NCBI GenBank assembly: GCA_965216875.1
Contig: OZ244207.1
Coordinates: 352,001-416,000 of the forward strand
Source of the DNA: Rubripirellula sp.
GTDB taxonomy: Bacteria > Planctomycetota > Planctomycetia > Pirellulales > Pirellulaceae
Direction: 5' to 3'
Length of the DNA: 64,000 nt
This document shows, piece after piece, positions 19,609 to 30,602 of the stretch. The notes beneath the pieces were generated by a model, which saw only the letters and a list, made by a program, of their open reading frames with translations, made no database searches and was not told the origin of the DNA. How positions within the stretch are numbered: position 1 is the stretch's first letter; the number at the start of each line of letters is the position of its first letter. The position numbers and the translations under genes were made by a program.

Positions 19609-20877
19609 TTACTTAGTCAAAATGGTAGGTAGGTTGTTGGCGATCTCTTCGAAGATCGCGACGAGCTGGTCACCATTGGCAGCGTGGTAGTGTTTTCCGC
19701 CACCAATGTTTGACACTTGTTGCATCAAGTTTTGGTCTGCACCTTCACCAAAGGTGACGGTGTGAATGGTCAGGTTGTAGTTGCCCATCAGGTCCGAAGC
19801 GACCGACACGGGGCTGATGCCACTGTTGTGGATACCGTCCGTCATCACGACCATGGTTTTGGCAGCGAAGGGGCGTGCGGCCGAGTCGAGCAGCGATTGG
19901 ATTCCTTCCTGCATGCCGCGACCGATTGCTGTCGACCCGCCGGTGTTCAAACCATTGACCGTGTTGCGAATGATCTGGAAATCTTTTTCAAGCCATGTAT
20001 CAAGGCTGGCCCAGTTGGAATAGCTGGCGACCGACACTTGTTCTTCCTGGCTGGTTCCATCAAGCACGTTAAGGAACGCGTTGACTGCTTCGACCAGATC
20101 TTCCCAAGCGGCTCGCGGAGCATCGCCCAGTCCGTAGTGGTCTTCCCAGGCCCAGGTCATGTAGTCGTTTTGCGAAACGCCAGGAGCGTAGCTGTAGCCG
20201 CCCCAGCCGTACGTCAGCAACCCTGCGTTGACGCCTGCGTTCATGGTCGAGTTGTACCAAGGCGAAGTCCCGTAGGGCCAATCCCAGTCGACATCGTCCA
20301 TCGACCCACTGCGGTCCAGGATCAAGGAAATGTCACGGTCGACTTGCATGGCGACCGACATTTGGTTGACGGCAAACTCGTCTGCGTTGAGCAGGCCGGG
20401 GATGATTAGCGGAACGCGACCGGAGAGCGAACCACCGTCGCGTCGGCCGTTGACGCGAATCGCACTGGCGACGACTTGTCCACTTTCGACTTGAGCGGTG
20501 GGGATTTTTTCGAAGTAGTAACGTCCCGTCACGCCGTCTGGCTGAGTCGTCGAGCCGAATTCGATTTCGTTTGCTGAATCTTGAGTCCGCAATTGCAGCG
20601 GCTGGCCATCGACATTGTTCAGCGCAGCAGTGACAAAGGCAGCGTCTTTTGCCGCAGCGACCGTTTGTTCTTCGCTAAAGGCACGTCCGCCAGCTCGGGC
20701 CGCGGCATCCGTTGCGACGTACAGCTCGGTTCGTGTCAGCTGCATTTGCGCGGCGTTAATACAAAACGCGGCCAGCAAAGCGAGGACAGGAAGCAAAAAG
20801 GCCATCAACGCCATCACACTACCGCGACGTCCGCGTCGGGAAACGAAGTGTTGGTTTTTAATTCGGCTGCCGTTCAT
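19609..20877 (-). CDS. TadG-like protein with vWA domain
   Basis: RRGSVMALMA pseudopilin-like N-terminus, TDAAARAG, MIDAS DRSGSM, TDG, TIHTVTFG. Confidence 0.88.
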   Translation of the reverse strand: MNGSRIKNQHFVSRRGRRGSVMALMAFLLPVLALLAAFCINAAQMQLTRTELYVATDAAARAGGRAFSEEQTVAAAKDAAFVTAALNNVDGQPLQLRTQDSANEIEFGSTTQPDGVTGRYYFEKIPTAQVESGQVVASAIRVNGRRDGGSLSGRVPLIIPGLLNADEFAVNQMSVAMQVDRDISLILDRSGSMDDVDWDWPYGTSPWYNSTMNAGVNAGLLTYGWGGYSYAPGVSQNDYMTWAWEDHYGLGDAPRAAWEDLVEAVNAFLNVLDGTSQEEQVSVASYSNWASLDTWLEKDFQIIRNTVNGLNTGGSTAIGRGMQEGIQSLLDSAARPFAAKTMVVMTDGIHNSGISPVSVASDLMGNYNLTIHTVTFGEGADQNLMQQVSNIGGGKHYHAANGDQLVAIFEEIANNLPTILTK

Positions 20878-20935
20878 GATGAGACTTCAAGGTTTGGGGG
20901 CAACGTTGTGGAAAAGGGCAAGCGTGTTGGTGCGA

Positions 20936-21373
20936 TTACTGTTGGTAGAAACCGTCGTATCGTTCGGTGCGAATCCGGGCGACCGACTGGATTTCGGTAT
21001 CGGGCAAAAAGAGCGGCGCGAAAAACGCCACTTGAGTCAGGTCGACCGCGACGGTGACCGTGATCTCCGTTGATTCTTCATCAAGATCACTCACGGTGAC
21101 CGTGTACCCGCTGCTGATCAGCGAGTCCATGATCCGCTCCGCTTCGTCGACAGCTTCGGCACTGGTTGCACCAGGGACGATTGCCTGTCGAGCAGCAAAG
21201 TAAGCAGCATCCTGTGAGAGGTTGCGCACCATGTTCATGCGTGCAAACTCGAAACAGGTCAGTGTCATGACGACCATGACATTGGCGACGATCGCGAACT
21301 CCACGACGGCCGCCCCCAATCGGCTGTCGCGTTTCTTCGTGAATCGGCGTTTTGTTCTTCGTTGACGTTTCAT
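20936..21373 (-). CDS. TadE/TadG family pseudopilin
   Basis: RLGAAVVEFAIV and AAYFAARQA motifs. Confidence 0.9.
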   Translation of the reverse strand: MKRQRRTKRRFTKKRDSRLGAAVVEFAIVANVMVVMTLTCFEFARMNMVRNLSQDAAYFAARQAIVPGATSAEAVDEAERIMDSLISSGYTVTVSDLDEESTEITVTVAVDLTQVAFFAPLFLPDTEIQSVARIRTERYDGFYQQ

Positions 21374-21424
21374 GACTCGACTCTTGACGTTTAGCCAACC
21401 GAGTTAAGGGGCATCACTAAGGGA

Positions 21425-21871
21425 CTAGTTCAAGTTCTGGTACTCTTTCCGCATCGTCACACTCGCCGAGAGCGTGAGGTTGTCAAACCATTGAGATGGG
21501 ATGAGCAGGTTTCCCGCGCAAGGCACTTGGACGGTCACGGTGACATTCTCAAGCGTGTCGGCCGCATCGAATCCGGGCGAGCTGTACGAGACAACGGTTG
21601 AGGTGTCGTAGGTAATGTTTCGCTCTTCGAGGAATTCGGTGATCCGTGCCGTCGAATCGGCATTGGTTCTTCCACGTCCCACGCCACGCCGGGCACCTTC
21701 ATAGGCCGCAAGCGTCACGGACTCCTTCAGGAACATCATTGAACACAGGTCGATCGTGCCGATCGTGAGAACCACGAGGCAGGGCAGGATGAAGGCGAAT
21801 TCAATCGTCGCAGCCGCAAGACTCTTGCGGCCTTTTCGCATTCGGCGTCGTTTTATTCTTGGAGCGGACAT
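21425..21871 (-). CDS. TadE family pseudopilin
   Basis: AAATIEFAFILP and AAYEGARRG motifs. Confidence 0.9.
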   Translation of the reverse strand: MSAPRIKRRRMRKGRKSLAAATIEFAFILPCLVVLTIGTIDLCSMMFLKESVTLAAYEGARRGVGRGRTNADSTARITEFLEERNITYDTSTVVSYSSPGFDAADTLENVTVTVQVPCAGNLLIPSQWFDNLTLSASVTMRKEYQNLN

Positions 21872-22071
21872 GACATTGGTCGTGAGTTAAGAGAAGGCAA
21901 CCACCGGCTCTGACTGAAACGTAGGTCAGAAAATCGAAGGGGGCGCAAGTTTTTTCCGATTTCGCTTGCCACGCACCGAAATGCGTGCCTATTCCCGTGG
22001 GGGTCGACGCTAAACAGATTGGCGGCTTCACCGTAGAATGCGGATCTTCGTTTCAACCGGAACCCAGATTC

Positions 22072-23922
22072 GTGAGCCGACTCCTTCACTTTGCCCAGTC
22101 TTGGAAGCTTGAAGCTTCCGGAAAATGGTCGCTCCTAGCCGCAATGGTCGGGCTGATTGTCGGCGTTGCCTGCATCGCTTTTGATGCGCTGACACAATTG
22201 GTCCATCGCTGGTCGCTCGCCCAATTCGCTGGCGTCCCCCAAGCCGAGGCGGTTGGCGAATACAGTTTCTTTGACGCCCCGATCACCGATCTTCAACCGC
22301 TCATGCTGATCGTCGTGATCACCGGCGGCGGCCTGGTCTCAGGTTGGTTGGTCCATCAATTCGCCCCCGATGCCGAAGGGGCGGGGATGGATGCTGCGGT
22401 CGACGCGTTTCACAATAAGAAAGGAATGATCCAGCGGCGCGTCCCGCTGGTGAAAACCATCGCTTCGGCCGTCACGTTGGGAACGGGCGGGTCGGGAGGT
22501 CGCGAAGGTCCGATTGCACAAATTGGCGCTGGCATCGGATCGTGGTTTGCCAACGAACTGCACCTCTCGGCACGCGACCGCAGGATTTTGCTTGCCGTCG
22601 GAATGGGGGCGGGGGTCGGTGCCATGTTCCGCGCTCCGCTCGCGGGCGCCATTTTTGCTGCCGAGATTCTCTATAGCGACGCCGATATGGAAGCCGACGT
22701 GATCGTGCCTGCTGCGATCGCGTCAATCGTTGCCTACAGCGTTCACACGCAAGCCATCCCAGCTGGGGTTCGGTATCAACCCATCTTCGGAGCGGGACTT
22801 AGCCACACGCTCAATTCGCCCCTTGAGCTCTTTCTCTATGCGTTGCTCGCGATCGTGTTGCTCTTGATTGCAGCGGCTTACATCAAGTGTTTTCGCACGA
22901 CTCAAGGGCTGATGGGCAAGTTGCCGGTTGCGCCGCACTTTCGTCCCGCGATCGGAGCGTTTCTCGCCGGCGTGATTGGAATCGCGCTCTGGTACCTTGG
23001 CGATGGTGACCGCAACTTGCTTGGTGTGTTGGGGACGGGCTATGGGTTGCTGCAGCGTGCACTGGTGGGCGATGCCGCGCTGACGATCGGAGTGTTGGCG
23101 ACGATCGCGGCATTCAAAATCGTCACCACATCTCTGACGATTGGCTCAGGTGCGCCCGGGGGTATCTTCGGTCCTTCCATGGTGATCGGCGGCTGCGCCG
23201 GGGCAGCGTTTGGGCACATTGCCCATCAGTTGTTTCCGTCGCTGGTGCCCTATCCTGAAGCCTATGCCGTGGTCGGGATGGCAGGCTTTTTTGCCGGGAT
23301 CGCTCGCGCCCCCATTTCGACGATCATCATGATTCGTGAGCTAACCGGCGACTTTGGACTGTTGGTGCCGACGATGTTGGTCGCGACGCTGACGTTTATT
23401 CTGTCAGGACGATGGCATCTCTATCGCAAACAAGTGCCGACGCGGATGGATTCGCCAGCGCACCGCGGTGACTTCCTCATCGACGTTCTTGAAGGCTTGC
23501 AGGTCGAAGATGTCTACCAGAAAGACCGCAACTTCATGACGATTCATCAGGGCACCACGCTCGATGATATCGTCCATCGACTTGCCGAAACGACCCAGCA
23601 CTATTTCCCCGTCGTCGATAGCGAAGGCAAGATGGTCGGCATCTTTTCCGACGACGACGTGCGGGCCTACCTCTACGATGAAACGCTTTGGCGACTGGCC
23701 AATGCCGAGGATGTGATGACCTCGAACATCGTGAAGGTGTCGCCGGAAGACGACTTGAACACGGCTCTCCAGAAATTCACGGCACTCAACCTTGACGAGC
23801 TGCCTGTGGTCGCCGAAGACGACCCTCGAGAGCTACTCGGTTTCCTCAGACGCAAAGAAACGATTGCCGCCTACAACCGCCTGATCGTCCAGCATCGTCG
23901 TGAAGCGGAATTGCAGACGTAG
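22072..23922 (+). CDS. ClC-family chloride channel/transporter with two CBS domains
   Basis: GSGGREGP, GGIFGP, multiple TM helices, C-terminal CBS pair. Start uncertain (GTG 22072 or 21985). Confidence 0.92.
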   Translation: MSRLLHFAQSWKLEASGKWSLLAAMVGLIVGVACIAFDALTQLVHRWSLAQFAGVPQAEAVGEYSFFDAPITDLQPLMLIVVITGGGLVSGWLVHQFAPDAEGAGMDAAVDAFHNKKGMIQRRVPLVKTIASAVTLGTGGSGGREGPIAQIGAGIGSWFANELHLSARDRRILLAVGMGAGVGAMFRAPLAGAIFAAEILYSDADMEADVIVPAAIASIVAYSVHTQAIPAGVRYQPIFGAGLSHTLNSPLELFLYALLAIVLLLIAAAYIKCFRTTQGLMGKLPVAPHFRPAIGAFLAGVIGIALWYLGDGDRNLLGVLGTGYGLLQRALVGDAALTIGVLATIAAFKIVTTSLTIGSGAPGGIFGPSMVIGGCAGAAFGHIAHQLFPSLVPYPEAYAVVGMAGFFAGIARAPISTIIMIRELTGDFGLLVPTMLVATLTFILSGRWHLYRKQVPTRMDSPAHRGDFLIDVLEGLQVEDVYQKDRNFMTIHQGTTLDDIVHRLAETTQHYFPVVDSEGKMVGIFSDDDVRAYLYDETLWRLANAEDVMTSNIVKVSPEDDLNTALQKFTALNLDELPVVAEDDPRELLGFLRRKETIAAYNRLIVQHRREAELQT

Positions 23923-23959
23923 TATCGCCGGCCGGCCGATCGCGTGATCGCAGCGATGC

Positions 23960-25636
23960 TTAAGGTAATTGATAGACCGCGTAAGTCCCGTTGGGGTCAA
24001 ACACGTTCGGGTAAACCTTCACCAAAGGTAGGCTCGTTCCAGCCACGCGCTGGTCGACGATCATGTACCGTACGTTGTACTTTTCACGATACTCGCGCAG
24101 CGAGCTGTAGCGAATCGTGACGCGCATTCTTCCCAACCGTTTGGGAAAGACTTCACCAAAACGCCGGTACCATTCGCGTAGGCTCTCGGCATCTTGCGGG
24201 ACGTCTTTCCAATTGACCACTTCGGCGCGTCCCGCATACCACTTGAACGTCTGTTGGTGGCGCGGGGTGAGGAAGACGTCGTCGGGTCCAGATGACTCGG
24301 CAGCCCATCGGCACACCGCTTTCCAGTCGTCAAACGCTTGACGCTCCGCCTGAGTCAGTTGGTTTTCCTTCCACTGCCGGAACGTTCCCACAGGTTCTCC
24401 CGCTGCTCGCGCGGTTTCCCAAGTCTGCTTGGCTTGCAGCAGTTCTTGCTCGGTGTAGGTTTTGCGCCAGCCCAGCAGTTTTGAAGTCGCCGATGGTGGG
24501 ATGCCCTTGGAATGTCGTTGCAATGCACTGTTACCGGCCAACAAGACCGCAACGACAAGTGCTACGATTGCCCCCGCCTGCGGGAGTCGTTTCGCATGGG
24601 CGATCAGCCGCACGACCAAGAGCCCAAACATCAAGGGCACGACAGCGTCTGTGAGTCGGAACCAGTAGTAGCGCAACAGTTTTGCCGCAAGGTCTGGCAC
24701 GACTGACGGTAAGATGCCAACGACGAGCCCCGCGACGGCGATGGCAATGGCACCAATCGTAAACCACGTCATTCGCCGCCAGGGTTGATGGTGGCGAACA
24801 TGAAACCCGATCGCCAAAGTCATCACGACAAGAGCGATGTGCCGAGCGTACCAATGGAAAAAGAAATCGGCCGGCAACAAGTGGTGTCGGATTCGAAAAT
24901 AGGCGTAGATTCGAGCTGCCGCCGCCGAATCTTCACTGCTTGCCCCCAGCGTCAATGCGAGTGCTGGCACCAATCCAAACAGTGACAATGCACCTCCGAG
25001 GAAAAGCCACCGCGTGAATAGCGGTTTTCTGTCGGTCTGTTTTCGCTCGGTGACCCACCAAGCAAGCATGGCCGCGATCACGGACCAACCGCCCGAGAGG
25101 ACATGAAACGCGGCGGCACCTCCGAGCAACGGCCAAACTCGATTCCAGTTGCGGTCGACCATTTCGGCCAGACCAAGCAAGACGAGTCCATAGGCCGGGA
25201 CTTTGGCTTCAATGCCGCCGATGACCCATTCACCCGCCAAGTTGCCCTGTTCGATGCCCGCGATCCATAGGGTAGCGACACCAAGAGATGCCAACGGGAC
25301 GCCAATCAGCTTTGCAGACAGGCGGTGAAGACCCCAAGCGATGAGAAACCATCCGACAATCCGGCCAATCCATGCAGTCGTTTCGAGCGACACAAAGAGT
25401 GTTGGCCAGCCGAACAGATAGTAGAACGTGGTGTGCGCTTTTCCCGAAGCAGCGAAGAGGTCGTTTTGGCACCACTCGGGTTGCCAAAAGTTCTTCGCTT
25501 TGACCAAGTAGTGCGCCTCGTTCACCATCGGCGGGAAGTCGCCGGCGTAGAGGAAGAACAGCATGACCAACAGAAGCACTTCTCCGAAGTTGCTCCAGCG
25601 ACTCGCCTGACGATCGTTGATTGTTTCGCTATCCAT
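23960..25636 (-). CDS. Polytopic membrane protein (DUF6798-like)
   Basis: Many TM segments; VNEAHY, RIRHHL and VVNWKDVP motifs; start overlaps the pdxA stop. Confidence 0.7.
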   Translation of the reverse strand: MDSETINDRQASRWSNFGEVLLLVMLFFLYAGDFPPMVNEAHYLVKAKNFWQPEWCQNDLFAASGKAHTTFYYLFGWPTLFVSLETTAWIGRIVGWFLIAWGLHRLSAKLIGVPLASLGVATLWIAGIEQGNLAGEWVIGGIEAKVPAYGLVLLGLAEMVDRNWNRVWPLLGGAAAFHVLSGGWSVIAAMLAWWVTERKQTDRKPLFTRWLFLGGALSLFGLVPALALTLGASSEDSAAAARIYAYFRIRHHLLPADFFFHWYARHIALVVMTLAIGFHVRHHQPWRRMTWFTIGAIAIAVAGLVVGILPSVVPDLAAKLLRYYWFRLTDAVVPLMFGLLVVRLIAHAKRLPQAGAIVALVVAVLLAGNSALQRHSKGIPPSATSKLLGWRKTYTEQELLQAKQTWETARAAGEPVGTFRQWKENQLTQAERQAFDDWKAVCRWAAESSGPDDVFLTPRHQQTFKWYAGRAEVVNWKDVPQDAESLREWYRRFGEVFPKRLGRMRVTIRYSSLREYREKYNVRYMIVDQRVAGTSLPLVKVYPNVFDPNGTYAVYQLP

Positions 25637-26627
25637 CGCGCGTTGTCAGTTGTGTTCCATCCGCGTTGTGAGGACACAGGTCGATTGCCATGTTGATCGC
25701 GGCGAGCATGCTGCGATGATTCGCTTTGCCCTGCCAGGCCAAGTCCATGGCGGTGCCGTGGTCAACGCTCGTGCGAATGATCGGAAGTCCCAACGTTACA
25801 TTGACCGCATCATCAAACGATAACGCTTTGAGTGGAATCAATCCCTGGTCGTGATACATACAAACATAAGCGTCGGTGTTCGCTCGCATGGCCGGGGTGA
25901 ATGCCGTGTCGGGCGAAACGGGACCGATAGCATTGATCCCTCGTGCACGTGCTGATGCGATCGCGGGAGCGATGATGTTGGACTCTTCGCCGTGCGAGAA
26001 CATCCCGTTTTCGCCGGCGTGTGGATTGAGTCCACAAACCGTGATGGCCGGTGACGCCTCGCTGCGATTTCGGCGGCTTGCCGCATCGGCCGCCAATCGA
26101 ATGGCCCGTTCAATCTTTTGCTGCGTCAGCTGTTGGGGAACATCGGCCAGTGCGATGTGGATCGTTGCCAGGACACATGAGATTTCGTCGCTGGTGAGCA
26201 TCATGCTAAAGTCGGTCGTCCCCGTTCGCTCGGCCAACAATTCGGTGTGGCCGGGGAACGTGATGCCCGCAGCCTGCCAAGCCTCTTTTTGGATTGGACC
26301 GGTCACGATGGCATCAAATTCACCCGAAAGTGTCCCCTCGATCGCTCGGCAAACCGCATCATAGGACGCCTTTCCGGTGGCTGCGTTGTATTGGCCGGGT
26401 GTGACTGCCTCTGGGGACAGGTCGCCAATGTCGACCGTCGCTGGGGCTGGTGGCAGGCCGACGTGTTGGCTGATTCGCGAAAGGAGGGTGGCTGGGCCGA
26501 GTAAAATGGGATCACACCGCTCAGTGATCTCCGGCAGCGAAACGCAGAGCAGCGCCAGTTCGGGGCCAACCCCAGCGGCATCGCCGACCGAAATCGCAAT
26601 CTTGGGCTTTGCTGGCGGAGTGGACAT
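25629..26627 (-). CDS. pdxA: 4-hydroxythreonine-4-phosphate dehydrogenase
   Basis: [42 protein letters not shown]. Confidence 0.95.
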   Translation of the reverse strand: MSTPPAKPKIAISVGDAAGVGPELALLCVSLPEITERCDPILLGPATLLSRISQHVGLPPAPATVDIGDLSPEAVTPGQYNAATGKASYDAVCRAIEGTLSGEFDAIVTGPIQKEAWQAAGITFPGHTELLAERTGTTDFSMMLTSDEISCVLATIHIALADVPQQLTQQKIERAIRLAADAASRRNRSEASPAITVCGLNPHAGENGMFSHGEESNIIAPAIASARARGINAIGPVSPDTAFTPAMRANTDAYVCMYHDQGLIPLKALSFDDAVNVTLGLPIIRTSVDHGTAMDLAWQGKANHRSMLAAINMAIDLCPHNADGTQLTTRDG

Positions 26628-26725
26628 TGGTCTGGTGGCGACGGGCGAGGAAAGTAGACAATGGTGCTGAGTGCAGGGATGTTAACGAATGATTGCAGCT
26701 TAGCCGATTGGTCGGCATTGATTGA

Positions 26726-28267
26726 ATGACAAGACTTCAACGGATCATCGCAATTTTGGCCGGAATCGTCACAGGTTCTGTGGGGGCCGTGCCGTCGGCG
26801 ACTGCAGCAGACGCAGTGGTCGTCTGCCCGGAGAATTTTCGCGCTGCGCTAAAACCTTGGCTTGACCACCGTGAGGCTCAAGGGCTTTCGGTTCAGGTGA
26901 TTCCGTCCCAGCGAAATGCCAGCACGCTGCTCGAGAAGATTCGCGAAGTGGCAACCGAGTCAACGACTTATGTGGTGCTTGTCGGCGACGCCCCCGTCAT
27001 CGGCGCCCCCTGCAATTCGCTGAGGCAAGTTCCAATCCACTACAAGCCGACCAAAGTTACATCGGCCTGGGGAGCACCACCGACGCTCGCGACCGACCTG
27101 AGCTACGGTGATTTCAACAACGACGGAAAACCGAACGCGGTGGTCGGACGTTTGCCCGTGGACGACGCTGACCAATTGAGCCAGCTTGTTCGTCGCATCG
27201 TCGCTCATGAAGAGAGTGTCGATTTTGGTGCGTGGCGTGGCAACGTTCAACTCACCGGCGGTGTGGGCGGATTCGGCATGGTCGCCGATGCGGCGATCGA
27301 GTCGGTCACGCGGAGCGTGTTGACAAACGTGTTGCCAACCGAAACACGAAGCTGCGTTGCCTATGCCAGTCCCGGGCACCGCTTTTTCCCAAAAAACGAC
27401 TCGTTTACCAACGCCGTTCTGGAACGCTACAAGTTGGGTTCGCGGTTTTGGGTCTACGCGGGGCACGGGAATGTCACCGCGCTTGATCGCGTTCCACAAA
27501 ACGCGAGTGGTCAACCTGTTCTCGATCAACGGACCGTCCAACAACTCGCTCATCCGCACGGTGGTAGTCCGATTGCACTGATGTTGGCTTGCTATACCGG
27601 TGCGCTCGACGCGTCGGAAGATTCCATTGCCGAGGAAATGCTGCTTTGCGACGGCGGGCCAATCGCCGTCTTTGCCGGCAGTCGCGTCACCATGCCCTAC
27701 GGAAACGCAACCGCAGCGGTTGGATTGATCAACGGCGTCTTTGAACAGAAACTACCGCGTCTTGGGGATGCATGGCTTTGCACACTCAATCAGATGCACC
27801 AGGAACAGACCGAGGATCAATCCACCTCACGGGTCATGATCGATGCGCTCGCTGCCATCGTCAGCCCACCTGGAACAAGTTTGGTGGGTGAACGTCGCGA
27901 GCACATGCAACTGTACAACTTGATTGGCGACCCAACTTTGCGACTCCATCATCCACAAGAAGTCGCGATGACGGTTCCGCCTGGCCATGACGCGGGCCAA
28001 CCGATCTCGCTCGATTTAAACAGTCCTATTTCAGGGCAATTGGTGGTGTCGATTGACCGCCCGCTCGGCGCGGTCGTTGATGGGGATCCTAACGAGACCA
28101 CCGTCACAACACTCCAGCGAACGGTTGTCGCCGACACGCCGGCGACGATGGCAATTCAATTGCCCGACGAGGTGAAAGGGCCCGTGATTGTTCGCGCGTT
28201 TGTCTCCGGTGAAAAAACCTGGGCGACAGCAGCGGCACGCACCATTGTGCGTCAGAAGGTTCGCTGA
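26726..28267 (+). CDS. Secreted C25 (gingipain-like) cysteine peptidase
   Basis: Signal peptide; YVVLVGD, VGRLP, YAGHG (His), LACYTG (Cys), YNLIGDP. Confidence 0.85.
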   Translation: MTRLQRIIAILAGIVTGSVGAVPSATAADAVVVCPENFRAALKPWLDHREAQGLSVQVIPSQRNASTLLEKIREVATESTTYVVLVGDAPVIGAPCNSLRQVPIHYKPTKVTSAWGAPPTLATDLSYGDFNNDGKPNAVVGRLPVDDADQLSQLVRRIVAHEESVDFGAWRGNVQLTGGVGGFGMVADAAIESVTRSVLTNVLPTETRSCVAYASPGHRFFPKNDSFTNAVLERYKLGSRFWVYAGHGNVTALDRVPQNASGQPVLDQRTVQQLAHPHGGSPIALMLACYTGALDASEDSIAEEMLLCDGGPIAVFAGSRVTMPYGNATAAVGLINGVFEQKLPRLGDAWLCTLNQMHQEQTEDQSTSRVMIDALAAIVSPPGTSLVGERREHMQLYNLIGDPTLRLHHPQEVAMTVPPGHDAGQPISLDLNSPISGQLVVSIDRPLGAVVDGDPNETTVTTLQRTVVADTPATMAIQLPDEVKGPVIVRAFVSGEKTWATAAARTIVRQKVR

Positions 28268-28413
28268 TCCCTCGGCCTTCTGTTGAGGTCTTGGACCTTC
28301 TGTTCAGGGAACTCGCCGTAATTCGAGGTGATGAAGGGGCGTCGTTGATTGGCTAGACTAGACGGCCCCGCTTACTGATTGCCCACCACGCTACCCACCT
28401 CGGAACCCGCGCC

Positions 28414-29928
28414 ATGATTCGTCTTTTTGCTGTCGCGCTGCTGACGCTCGTGTTTGCTGCCGTTTTTTCTGTACACGCACGGGCTGATGAATTGCCGCCA
28501 CCCAACGTCGTTGTCATCTTCATGGATGACATGGGCTATGCCGACATCAACCCCTTCGGTAACAACCAATACAAAACGCCCCACCTTGATCGGATGGCTG
28601 CCGAAGGGCGGAAGTTCACCGACTTTGTGGTTTCATCAGCGGTCTGTTCGGCATCGCGTGCAGCGCTGCTGACCGGTTGTTATCACCGCCGGGTCAGCAT
28701 CAGTGGTGCGTTGGGGCCAAAGTCGAAGCAGGGGCTCAATCCAAGTGAGACAACGCTGGCAGAGATTTGCAAAAGCAAAGGTTATGCGACGGCGGTCTTT
28801 GGGAAATGGCATCTTGGCCACAATCCCAAGTTCCTGCCAACCAATCAGGGATTCGACGAGTACTACGGGATCCCTTACAGCAACGACATGTGGCCGCTGC
28901 ACCCCTCGTCGATTGCGAAACGATTGAAAGATCCTCTCGCGAAAATCAATTGGCCAGCGCTGCCGATGATTCGCGCGACAAAAGAAAAGGGAGTTCGCAT
29001 TGTCAACGATGATGTGCAACCCGAGGATCAAGAAGCGATGACGCGTGAGTTCACCGAACGCGCCGTCAATTTCATCAAGGCCAACACTGAAAAACCATTC
29101 TTTCTGTACATGCCGCACCCGATGGTGCACGTGCCGCTTTATGTTTCTGACGAATTTCGGGGCAAGAGCAAGACGGGGTTGTTCGGTGATGTGATGATGG
29201 AGATCGACTGGTCCGTCGGCCAGATTCTAGGAGCCATTGAGGACATCGGCGTTGAACGCAACACGCTTGTTGTCTTCACCAGTGACAATGGGCCTTGGCT
29301 CTCGTACGGCAATCATGCTGGAAAGGCGACGCCCCTGCGCGAGGGCAAAGGGACGATGTTCGAAGGGGGATACCGCGAGCCGACCTTGATGTGGTGGAAG
29401 GGCAAGATTCCCGCTGGCACGACTTGTGACAAGCTTTGCAGCACCATCGATATTTTGCCAACTGTTGCCAAATTGATTGGGGCCGATTTGCCAAACCACA
29501 AGATCGATGGGCAAGACATTCGACCATTGATGTTTGGTGATGAAAATGCCCAATCGCCTCACGACGCTTTCTACTGCTACTACAAAGGCGGCGAGCTTCA
29601 GGCGGTGCGGAACGAGCGATTCAAGTTGATGTTCCCCCATCAATATCGCACGCTCAAGGGACATCCCGGCGGTTTTGGTGGACGCCCAATCCCGTACCAA
29701 TCAGGCAAGATTGTTGTGCCAACGTTATTCGACTTGGATAACGATGTTTCGGAAACAAAGAACGTCTACAGCGACCATCCCGACGTTGTTCGGCAACTCG
29801 AGGCTGCCGCCGAACGGGCTCGGGCTGATCTTGGTGACAAGTTGACCAAGCGTAAGGGATCAGGCATCCGTGAGCCTGGGAAGATGGTCGAGGGCGATGA
29901 AGAATTGCCGCTCGATTGGACGAAGTGA
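28414..29928 (+). CDS. Secreted arylsulfatase-family sulfatase
   Basis: DDMGY, CSASRAALLTG, GKWHLG, SDNGPW. Confidence 0.95.
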   Translation: MIRLFAVALLTLVFAAVFSVHARADELPPPNVVVIFMDDMGYADINPFGNNQYKTPHLDRMAAEGRKFTDFVVSSAVCSASRAALLTGCYHRRVSISGALGPKSKQGLNPSETTLAEICKSKGYATAVFGKWHLGHNPKFLPTNQGFDEYYGIPYSNDMWPLHPSSIAKRLKDPLAKINWPALPMIRATKEKGVRIVNDDVQPEDQEAMTREFTERAVNFIKANTEKPFFLYMPHPMVHVPLYVSDEFRGKSKTGLFGDVMMEIDWSVGQILGAIEDIGVERNTLVVFTSDNGPWLSYGNHAGKATPLREGKGTMFEGGYREPTLMWWKGKIPAGTTCDKLCSTIDILPTVAKLIGADLPNHKIDGQDIRPLMFGDENAQSPHDAFYCYYKGGELQAVRNERFKLMFPHQYRTLKGHPGGFGGRPIPYQSGKIVVPTLFDLDNDVSETKNVYSDHPDVVRQLEAAAERARADLGDKLTKRKGSGIREPGKMVEGDEELPLDWTK

Positions 29929-29972
29929 TTCGCGATTGCGATCTGGTTTTTTGATGGAAGGTGACGCCGACG

Positions 29973-30410
29973 ATGGATCCGTTCTTGCAAGCAGCGCTGA
30001 ATGAGGCGTATCGAGGTTTTGAGGAAGGCGGTATTCCGATTGGTTCGGTTTTGGTGATCGATGACCAGATCGTTGGACGCGGGCACAATCGTCGCGTGCA
30101 AAAGGAGAGCGCGATCCTGCACGCTGAAATGGACGCGATCGAGAATGCCGGTCGTTTGTCGGCGCGGCAATATCGAGCCGCGACGCTCTACTCGACCCTT
30201 TCACCCTGCGATATGTGCAGCGGCACGTCGCTGCTGTACGGCATTCCGCGAATCGTCATCGGCGAAAACGAAACCTTTCAAGGACCCGAGGACTATGTCC
30301 GTTCACGAGGCGTCGAGTTGACGGTTGTCGAAAGCGAAGAGTGCGTCGCGCTGATGCGCAAGTTCATCAACGAAAACCCCGAGCTTTGGAACGAAGACAT
30401 CGGGGTTTGA
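29973..30410 (+). CDS. Cytosine/nucleoside deaminase (yeast FCY1-like Zn deaminase)
   Basis: GGIPIGS, HAE, SPCDMC, C-terminal WNEDIG. Start ATG 29973 or GTG 29961. Confidence 0.92.
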   Translation: MDPFLQAALNEAYRGFEEGGIPIGSVLVIDDQIVGRGHNRRVQKESAILHAEMDAIENAGRLSARQYRAATLYSTLSPCDMCSGTSLLYGIPRIVIGENETFQGPEDYVRSRGVELTVVESEECVALMRKFINENPELWNEDIGV

Positions 30411-30455
30411 GGTTTCTCTGATGTGGCGGCGCTCGCCAACGAGGCTGCGGTTATA

Positions 30456-30583
30456 GTGAGCCGAACGCGCTACGTCGGGCCTTTTCTACGTCGTTGCAAG
30501 CGAGCAATGTTGTGGATCTGTGCCGGATCTGCGTCGCTGTCGCTCCTTGATCCGGCCTACACACGCTAGCGCGGTCGGCTCAC
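30456..30583. repeat. REP cluster between convergent genes
   Basis: 30522-30560 is the exact reverse complement of the 39-bp element at 51701-51739 and 56017-56055, flanked by GTGAGCCG.../...CGGCTCAC arms. Confidence 0.85.
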
Positions 30584-30602
30584 GGGGGGCAACCCCGCGC
30601 GA

